Source: Candidatus Sulfotelmatobacter sp. (GTDB lineage Bacteria; Pseudomonadota; Alphaproteobacteria; Elsterales; Elsteraceae). From it: a stretch of 24,000 nt of DNA. Shown piece after piece: positions 8,635-14,448 of this stretch; positions within the stretch are counted from its first letter, which is position 1, and each line of letters opens with the position of its first letter. The notes below the pieces were generated by a model that saw only the letters and a program-made list of their open reading frames with translations, was not told the DNA's origin and did no database searches. A program made the translations under genes and the position numbers. Location of the stretch: positions 657 through 24,656 of the forward strand of contig DATJNS010000500.1 of NCBI GenBank assembly GCA_035507915.1. Reading direction: 5' to 3'.

Positions 8635-9867
8635 ATGGACGGGAACACCGCGGTTCAGGGCTGTTTGACCGGCGTCCGGGTGCTCGATTGCACCCAGTTC
8701 GAAGCCGGCCCGTCCTGCACGGAGGCGCTGGCCTGGCTCGGCGCCGAGGTCGTCAAGGTCGAGAACCCGAAGTCGGGCGATCCCGGCCGCGCCTCGTTCG
8801 GCGGCAAGACCAAGGACGCCGATTCCTGGTACTTCCTGCTGTTCAACGCCAACAAGAAGTCGATCGCCGTCAACCTGAAGTCGCCGAGCGGCCTCAAGCT
8901 GGTCAAGGACCTGGCGCGCAAGGCCGACGTCTTCATCGAGAACTTCGCGCCGGGCGCGATCGAGCGGCTCGGGCTCGGCTACGACGTGCTGAAGGCGCTC
9001 AACCCGGGCATCATCTACGCGCAGGTGAAGGGCTTCGGCGAGGGCAGCCCGTACGAGAAGAACCTGGCGTTCGACATGATCGCGCAGGCCTGCGGCGGCG
9101 TCATGAGCATCACGGGCGAGCGCGACGGCCGGCCGAACAAGCCCGGCCCGACCTTGGGCGACACCGGCACCGGCATGCTGATGGCGATCAGCATCCTGGG
9201 CGCGCTCTATCGGCGCCAGGCGACCGGGCAGGGCCAGCGCCTCGCGGTCGCGATGCAGGACGCCATGCTGCACTACATCCGCGTCGCCTTCGCCACCACG
9301 GCGCTCAACGGCAAGCCGGCGATCCGCAACGGCCCCAAGACGATCTCGCCGCCCAACCCGCCGGTCGGCATCTATCCCTGCAAGGGCGGCGGCCCCAACG
9401 ATTACGTCTACGTCTACACCAGCCGCGCCAACCCCGAGCACTGGAAGCGCCTCCTGCAGGTCGTGGGTCGCGAGGACCTGATCGGCGACCCGCGTTACGA
9501 TACGCCGCAGGCGCGCGTCGAGCGCGAGGCCGAGGTCGACGAGATCATCGCGTCGTGGACGAGGCAGCGCACGAAGCACGAAGCCATGAAGCTGATCGGC
9601 GCAGCGGGCGTCCCGTCCGGTGCGGTCAACGACACGCTCGAGCTGCAGAACGATCCCGACTTCGAGCGGCGCGGCATCATGCAGACGATCCAGCATCCGG
9701 TTGCCGGGCCGTTCAAGATGCCGACCTGGCCGGTGCGCCACGACGGCGCGCCCCTCAAGGTCCAACCGGCGCCGCTGCTCGGCCAGCACAACGCCGAGGT
9801 GCTCGCCGACTGGCTGGGTCTGAGCGCCGGCGACGTCGAAGGCCTGCGCAAGGAAGGCGCGCTCTAG
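8635..9867 (+). CDS. family III (CaiB/BaiF) CoA-transferase, paralog 2
   Basis: From ATG 8635 (SD GGGGGAG at 8620-8626): MDGNTAVQGCLTGVRVLDCTQFEAGPSCTEALAWLGAEVVKVE...ENFAPGAIERLGLGY...TLGDTGTGML...GQHNAEVL. It has the same architecture as paralog 1 and retains the Asp in GDTGTGM. Confidence 0.88.
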   Translation: MDGNTAVQGCLTGVRVLDCTQFEAGPSCTEALAWLGAEVVKVENPKSGDPGRASFGGKTKDADSWYFLLFNANKKSIAVNLKSPSGLKLVKDLARKADVFIENFAPGAIERLGLGYDVLKALNPGIIYAQVKGFGEGSPYEKNLAFDMIAQACGGVMSITGERDGRPNKPGPTLGDTGTGMLMAISILGALYRRQATGQGQRLAVAMQDAMLHYIRVAFATTALNGKPAIRNGPKTISPPNPPVGIYPCKGGGPNDYVYVYTSRANPEHWKRLLQVVGREDLIGDPRYDTPQARVEREAEVDEIIASWTRQRTKHEAMKLIGAAGVPSGAVNDTLELQNDPDFERRGIMQTIQHPVAGPFKMPTWPVRHDGAPLKVQPAPLLGQHNAEVLADWLGLSAGDVEGLRKEGAL

Positions 9868-9878
9868 CGACGACGTAG

Positions 9879-9913
9879 GGGCGCGCTCGCCACTGGTGCG
9901 AACGCGCCCTTTG
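9879..9913 (+). terminator. intrinsic terminator-like hairpin after the CoA-transferase pair
   Basis: GGGCGCG-C-TCGC (9879-9890), loop CACTGGT, then GCGA-A-CGCGCCC (9898-9909), followed by TTTG. Starts 12 nt after stop 9867. Confidence 0.6.
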
Positions 9914-9921
9914 AAAAATGA

Positions 9922-9958
9922 CTCCCTCCCTCCTTGTGGGGGAGGGTCGGGGAGGGGG
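9922..9958. repeat. left G/C-rich inverted repeat flanking the DUF559 gene
   Basis: CTCCCTCCCTCCTTGTGGGGGAGGGTCGGGGAGGGGG. Its reverse complement matches 10294-10320 at 26 of 27 positions. It contains an internal imperfect hairpin (CCCTCC-TTGT-GGGGGAGGG). Confidence 0.85.
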
Positions 9959-9959
9959 C

Positions 9960-10292
9960 ATGAGCTCGCCAAAGGCCCGCGAGCTGCGCATGAACATGAC
10001 CGACGCCGAACGGCGGCTGTGGGCGAGGCTCCGGCGGAAGCAGCTCAATGGGCATCGGTTTCGTCGGCAAGTTCCAATTGGCCCTTACTTCGCGGACTTC
10101 GCCTGCTTTTCCGCTCGACTGGTCATCGAGGTCGACGGCACGGAACACGATCTTGAAAGCGCATACGAGCAGGCGCGCACGGCGCGATTAGAGCGTGATG
10201 GCTTCCACGTACTGCGTTATTGGAATGAGGATGTGCTTAAGTCCACGGACGAAGTGGTCGAGGACATTTGGCGCCACTTGGCTGCACGATGA
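9960..10292 (+). CDS. DUF559 / Vsr-like (PD-(D/E)xK fold) endonuclease domain protein
   Basis: MSSPKARELRMNMTDAERRLWARLRRKQLNGHRFRRQVPIGPYFADFACFSARLVIEVDGTEHD...RDGFHVLRYWNEDV... is the typical DUF559 pattern (AE..LW..LR, FRRQ, Y.DF, IEVDG..H, R....G..VLR..N..V). The tracked ORF starts at 9918, but those 14 extra codons are just the left repeat read as protein (PSLLVGEGRGGG). G+C is 60% and 52% in lines 10141-10200 and 10201-10260, against 75% in a core-gene line. Confidence 0.85.
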   Translation: MSSPKARELRMNMTDAERRLWARLRRKQLNGHRFRRQVPIGPYFADFACFSARLVIEVDGTEHDLESAYEQARTARLERDGFHVLRYWNEDVLKSTDEVVEDIWRHLAAR

Positions 10293-10337
10293 CCCCCCAC
10301 CCCGACCCTCCCCCACAAGGGGGGAGGGGGAGGGAGG
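10293..10337. repeat. right G/C-rich inverted repeat flanking the DUF559 gene
   Basis: CCCCCCACCCCGACCCTCCCCCACAAGGGGGGAGGGGGAGGGAGG starts immediately after the DUF559 stop. It contains an internal hairpin, CCCTCCCCC-ACAA-(G)GGGGGAGGG. Confidence 0.85.
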
Positions 10338-10382
10338 TTGAGGTCGCGGCAGTACCGGATGCAGCACGGACGTGCCTGAGGG

Positions 10383-11318
10383 TCAGTCGGCGAAGGCGGC
10401 GAGCAGCTCCTCGATCGCCTTGAGCTGATTGCCGGCGGCCGAGCTCGGCACCAGGATGGGCGTGGCGACGCCGGCGGCGCGCCACGCCTCGACCGCGTCG
10501 CGCACCGCGGTCTTCGAGCCCGAGATCGTGACGTCGGCGAGCCAGCGGTCGCTCAGGCAGCGCGGCACGTCGTCGAGACGCTGCGCGGCGATCGCGCGTT
10601 CGACCGCCGCCATCTCGTCGCCGTAGCCGGCTTCCTTCCAGTAGTTGCGGTAGTTCGGCAGCATCGCGTAGTGGGTCAGCGACCGTCGGTGCACCGCTTT
10701 CGCCGCCTCGAGATCGCCGGTCACGCAGGTCGGGATCATGTTGCCGATGAAGAAGGCGGGATCGGCGCGCTTGGCGGGCGGCAGCGCCGCCAGCGAGTCG
10801 GCCATGTGGGAGCGGCAGCCGTTGGCGAACACCAGCCCGTCGGCGAGCTCGCCCGCCAGCGCGATCATCTTCTTGCGCAGGGTGGCGACGATGATCGGCG
10901 GCAGCGCGCCCAGGTTCTGGTGGCCGCGTAGTTTGGCGATGAAGTCGCGCGTGTCGGCGAGCGGATTGCCGGGCTTGGCGTCCCAGCGCACGTGCCCCGG
11001 CGCGTGGCTGACGCCGATGCCGAGGCGGAAGCGTCCGCCCGACACTTCGTGCAGGAAGGCGGCGCTATGCGCAAAGTCCCAGACGCTGCGCGAATAGATC
11101 GGCGCGATCGCAGTGCCGAACACGATGCGCTCGGTGGCGAGCGCCAGCGCATCGCAGGTCGCGAGGTTGCCGAACAGGCTGGGCACGTAGATGCCGGCGA
11201 AGCCGCGGCGGTCGTACTCGCGCGCGATCTCCAGGGTGGCGCGGCGGCGGCCGGGTACCGCGACCAGGCTCACGGCGGGCAGAGAGGGCTGGGGCATCGC
11301 GCTACCGATCGATGGCAC
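10383..11318 (-). CDS. LLM-class (luciferase-like) flavin-dependent oxidoreductase
   Basis: 311 aa. ...EIAREYDRRGFAGIYVPSLFGN...GGRFRLGIGVSHAPGHVRW... and the overall TIM-barrel LLM layout are recognisable by eye. An alternative start is the ATG at 11297 (MPQPS...). Confidence 0.75.
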   Translation of the reverse strand: MPSIGSAMPQPSLPAVSLVAVPGRRRATLEIAREYDRRGFAGIYVPSLFGNLATCDALALATERIVFGTAIAPIYSRSVWDFAHSAAFLHEVSGGRFRLGIGVSHAPGHVRWDAKPGNPLADTRDFIAKLRGHQNLGALPPIIVATLRKKMIALAGELADGLVFANGCRSHMADSLAALPPAKRADPAFFIGNMIPTCVTGDLEAAKAVHRRSLTHYAMLPNYRNYWKEAGYGDEMAAVERAIAAQRLDDVPRCLSDRWLADVTISGSKTAVRDAVEAWRAAGVATPILVPSSAAGNQLKAIEELLAAFAD

Positions 11319-11465
11319 GCCCGGTCGCGGGCGTCATGCGAGCATAAGCCGCCGCGGCGCATGAACGCGAGTTAATCCGCTGCGTCGTGCACGGCGGCGG
11401 CGCACCTGCGCGTAACACAACCATCGGCGATCTCGACGTCGAGCGCCGCTTGGCAGGAGGAAGAG

Positions 11466-11804
11466 ATGACCCGCTTCGGCAACCTGATGATGGCTGGCGC
11501 CGCCGCGTTCGTGCTGGCGACCGGTTTTTCGGCCTCGGCGTTCGCCGATACGCCGTGGCAGCAGAGCCATCCGCGCCGCGAGGAGGTCAACAACCGCCTC
11601 GGCTACCAATATCACCGGATCAATCAGGAATATCGCGAGGGCGAGATCAGCCGCGGCCGCGACGCGTACCTGCACCGCGAGGACCGTCAGGTGCGCGGCG
11701 AGGAGCGCTTGATGGCGCGCCAGGACGGCGGCCACATCACCCGCGTCGATCAGCGCGCGCTGAACCAGCAGGAGAACCGCATCAGCCGCCAGATCGGCCG
11801 TTGA
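11466..11804 (+). CDS. small secreted Arg/Glu/Gln-rich protein of unknown function
   Basis: Strong SD (AGGAGGAAGAG directly upstream). Signal peptide MTRFGNLMMAGAAAFVLATGFSASAFA. The mature part is highly charged (…EGEISRGRDAYLHREDRQVRGEERLMARQDGGHITRVDQRALNQQENRISRQIGR). Confidence 0.7.
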   Translation: MTRFGNLMMAGAAAFVLATGFSASAFADTPWQQSHPRREEVNNRLGYQYHRINQEYREGEISRGRDAYLHREDRQVRGEERLMARQDGGHITRVDQRALNQQENRISRQIGR

Positions 11805-11818
11805 CCGTCGGTTCCGCC

Positions 11819-11854
11819 ACCCCTCCCTCGCGGTCAGCCCGAGGGGGAGGGGTG
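11819..11854. repeat. G/C-rich imperfect hairpin (REP-like / terminator) after the small secreted protein gene
   Basis: CACCCCTCCC-TCG (11819-11830) pairs with CGAGGGGGAGGGGTG (11840-11854) with a 2-nt bulge. Lies 15 nt after stop 11804. Confidence 0.5.
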
Positions 11855-11914
11855 TCGCCTCCGGCCACCCCGGTGTAAGCTCGCCTCCGTTGCGAGCGAC
11901 CCGAGGAGGAAGCG

Positions 11915-12307
11915 GTGGCCAGCTTCACGTACGACCACGTCCACTTGCGCAGCCCGAACCCGGAAGCGACCGCGCTGTGGTACGAGAAAATGTTTGGCGC
12001 GGTGGTCAAGCGGTCGGTGCAGTCCGACGGCCGCAAGCGCGTCGATCTCGATCTCGGCGGCATGACGGTCTTCATCGCGCCGGTGATCGCCGACAAGGGC
12101 ACGGCGTCGCCGCCGGAGGCGCCCTATCTCGGGCTCGAGCATCTCGGCCTGCGCGTCGACGGCATCGACGCGGCGGTCGCCGAGCTCAAGCGCAAGGGCG
12201 CGGAGTTCACCATGGAGCCGACCACGATCCGGCCCGGCGTGCGCATCGCTTTCCTGCGCGGCCCGGAGAACGTCTCGATCGAGATCCTCGACCGCAACGC
12301 CAAGTGA
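11915..12307 (+). CDS. VOC family protein (glyoxalase/bleomycin-resistance/dioxygenase fold)
   Basis: 130 aa. FTYDHVHLRSPNPEATALWYEKMFGA... plus a second-half LEHLGLRVDGIDAAVAELKRKGAEF... gives the typical paired beta-alpha-beta-beta-beta VOC modules. GTG start. Confidence 0.8.
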   Translation: MASFTYDHVHLRSPNPEATALWYEKMFGAVVKRSVQSDGRKRVDLDLGGMTVFIAPVIADKGTASPPEAPYLGLEHLGLRVDGIDAAVAELKRKGAEFTMEPTTIRPGVRIAFLRGPENVSIEILDRNAK

Positions 12308-12329
12308 AGACGCCTGGCTGAAACGCCGA

Positions 12330-12356
12330 GGGCGCGCCGGATATCCCGGCGCGCCC
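12330..12356. terminator. perfect 11-bp stem hairpin between the convergent VOC and MFS genes
   Basis: GGGCGCGCCGG-ATATC-CCGGCGCGCCC. Probably a bidirectional terminator; there is no T-run. Confidence 0.55.
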
Positions 12357-12368
12357 CCGCGTCGCGGT

Positions 12369-12386
12369 CCTCTCCCGAGGGAGAGG
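12369..12386. repeat. second short palindrome in the convergent gap
   Basis: CCTCTCCC-GA-GGGAGAGG, lying 12 nt from the MFS stop (12398-12400). Confidence 0.4.
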
Positions 12387-12397
12387 TGGCAGCTACC

Positions 12398-13672
12398 TCA
12401 AGCGACGACCAGCTCGGCCGTGATCTCCTTGCCATGGGTCTCCGGTCCGAGCAGCAGGGCGAACACGAAGCTCGCGCAGCCGACAGTCGTGCCGATCAGC
12501 ATCGGGATGGCGAAGCCGAAGCCGTGGTCGACCGCGAAGTAGGTCAGGACCGGCGCCACCAAGCCGCCGAAGATGGCGCCCTGGTGGTAGCAGAAGCCGG
12601 TCGCCGTGCCGCGCACCTCGGTCGGGAACCGCTCGCACAGATAGCTCGGGTTCTGGCCGTAGATCGCGCCGGCGAACGCCGCCTGCAGGATGAAGCCGGC
12701 CGAGATCCACAGGAAGTCCGTGGTCAAGAGATAGAGCGGCGCGACCGCGATGCCCATCAGCGCGGGAATGATCATCGACCACCGCCGCCCGATGCGATCG
12801 GCCAAATAGCCCCAAAAGCCCATGGCCAGGAAGCCGAGAGCGTTCGCGAACATCAGCGGCGTTGCGACCAAGGCCGGACTCAAATTGAGGTCCTTCTGCA
12901 GGTGCGTCGCGAACATCGCCCAGATCGAATAGTAGACGACGAAGCCGCTCGCCATCCACCAGCACGCCGTCAGTGTGTTGCCGATCATGCCGCGCTTGAA
13001 GATTTTCAGCAGCGGCACGCGTACTTGGCGTTCTTGCTCGCGCTGCTGCTTCCGGTTCTCGAGCCACACCTCGGGCTCCTTGACGAAGAAGCGGATGTAG
13101 ACCACCGCGAACGCCGGCAGCACGCCGAGCATCAGGAGGCCGCGCCAGCCGATCGAGTTGAAGAGCAGGCCGTAGGCGGCGCTCGACAGCAGGAAGCCGA
13201 GGTTCCACGAGCCTTGCAGCACGCCGCTCATGAAGCCGCGCGAGCGCGTCGGCCATTGCTCCATGGCGAGCGAGGCGCCGGCCGGCCATTCCGCGCCCAT
13301 GAAGATGCCGAGGAGCGCGCGGAAGAAGAACAGGAACGTGAAGGTCGGCGAGAAGCCGGCGATGAAGTTGCAGGCCGAGTAACCCAGGATCGAGAGCATC
13401 AGCGGTCCCTTGCGGCCGATCCGGTCGGCCACCCAGCCCGACCCGGTCGCGCCCACCAGCCGCAGCCACAGCGTGACGGTGAACAGGATCGCCACGTCGG
13501 TCAGCGGGATGCCGAATTCTTTGGCGATCGGCACCATGAGGAGCAGGAAAATGGTGAAATCGAAGGCATCCAGGGTCCAACCAAGCCAAGCGGCCACATA
13601 AGCCAGCCACTGTTCTTTCGTTGGTTCTTTCCACCAAGGGACTTGGCGCGCGTTCGCAGCGGCAATCGTCAT
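12398..13672 (-). CDS. MFS transporter, NanT/sialate:H+ symporter-like family (organic anion)
   Basis: 424 aa, about 12 TM segments. The N-terminus ...EQWLAYVAAWLGWTLDAFDFTIFLLLMVPIAKEFG... and the loop ADRIGRKGPL parallel E. coli NanT (RAFSAAWLGYLLDGFDF..., GDRYGRR) as I recall it. SD GGGAGG is present upstream. Confidence 0.85.
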   Translation of the reverse strand: MTIAAANARQVPWWKEPTKEQWLAYVAAWLGWTLDAFDFTIFLLLMVPIAKEFGIPLTDVAILFTVTLWLRLVGATGSGWVADRIGRKGPLMLSILGYSACNFIAGFSPTFTFLFFFRALLGIFMGAEWPAGASLAMEQWPTRSRGFMSGVLQGSWNLGFLLSSAAYGLLFNSIGWRGLLMLGVLPAFAVVYIRFFVKEPEVWLENRKQQREQERQVRVPLLKIFKRGMIGNTLTACWWMASGFVVYYSIWAMFATHLQKDLNLSPALVATPLMFANALGFLAMGFWGYLADRIGRRWSMIIPALMGIAVAPLYLLTTDFLWISAGFILQAAFAGAIYGQNPSYLCERFPTEVRGTATGFCYHQGAIFGGLVAPVLTYFAVDHGFGFAIPMLIGTTVGCASFVFALLLGPETHGKEITAELVVA

Positions 13673-13687
13673 CGCAAATACCTCCCG

Positions 13688-13747
13688 TTTTCAGCACGGA
13701 TGCGGCCTTTTCAGCTCGCTTATGACATTCCGTGATCGCTCGCTTAT
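13688..13747. promoter_or_regulatory. direct repeats in the AT-richer region upstream of the MFS gene
   Basis: TTTTCAGC at 13688-13695 and 13708-13715 (20-bp spacing). CTCGCTTAT at 13715-13723 and 13739-13747 (24-bp spacing). Confidence 0.35.
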
Positions 13748-13850
13748 ACACGATTAGCGCGCAATCGGGCAGTACTTCCTATGTCGCATGGGTTGCCGCA
13801 GGGGGGGCGGGGCGACACGGTGCGGGCGTGAAGGCGCGCGGCCGGGAGGA

Positions 13851-14231
13851 TCAACCGAGCGCTTTTTGAACCGCCCCGAGCAGCGCGTCCTTGTCGAACG
13901 GTTTGCGCAGACAGGATACGGCGCCGAACTCGCGCAGCGCGCGCAGGAACATCGACGGATGGGAGCCGCGCTGGCCCGTCATGCCGATGACCGGCATGTC
14001 CGGCACCGACGTCTGAAGACGGCGCACCAGTTCGATGCCGTCCATGTCGGGCATGTAGAGGTCGGTCACCACGAGCGCGGCCGGGTGATCGATCAGGTGG
14101 TAGAGCGCGTCGCGCGACCGGGCGAAACCCGTGGTCGCGTAGCCGGCGCGCTCGAGATAAGTCGAGACGACGTCGAGGTAGGCGTCGTCGTCGTCGATCA
14201 CGACGATGCGGGTCTCGGTCTGCGTTGCCAT
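13851..14231 (-). CDS. single-domain response regulator (CheY-like receiver only)
   Basis: MATQTETRIVVIDDDDAYLD...LVVTDLYMPDMDGIELV...VIGMTG...CLRKPF carries the acidic pocket, phospho-acceptor Asp, Thr and Lys of receiver domains, with no output domain. The tracked ORF extends to a GTG at 14264; I prefer the ATG at 14231. Confidence 0.85.
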   Translation of the reverse strand: MATQTETRIVVIDDDDAYLDVVSTYLERAGYATTGFARSRDALYHLIDHPAALVVTDLYMPDMDGIELVRRLQTSVPDMPVIGMTGQRGSHPSMFLRALREFGAVSCLRKPFDKDALLGAVQKALG

Positions 14232-14349
14232 GGCCGATGGAACTCCAGGAGAGGACGCGGGCACGGTGGCGCCGGTCGCGTTCGGGTTGGCGCAAATCTA
14301 GAGTGGCTGGGGCGCCGACGCGCGCCCGCGGTGGCATAGCGCCGGGGTT

Positions 14350-14375
14350 CTATCGGATAGGGGGATAGCTATCCC
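14350..14375. promoter_or_regulatory. cluster of four GATAG/CTATC half-sites in the divergent intergenic region
   Basis: CTATC-G-GATAG (14350-14360), then GGG, then GATAG-CTATC (14364-14373), which sits within the 14-bp perfect palindrome GGGATAGCTATCCC (14362-14375). Confidence 0.45.
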
Positions 14376-14448
14376 GAGGCGGGGAGCCTGTCCCCCGATG
14401 GCCGGTTTCGCTAGACTCTGGGCCTCGCGGCAAGCTCGGGTCGGGCGC

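Noticed and set aside
9918-9959. The 14-codon N-terminal extension of the DUF559 ORF (MTPSLLVGEGRGGG).
   Set aside because: It is simply the left inverted repeat read in frame. DUF559-like sequence starts after the ATG at 9960. The longer form cannot be strictly excluded.
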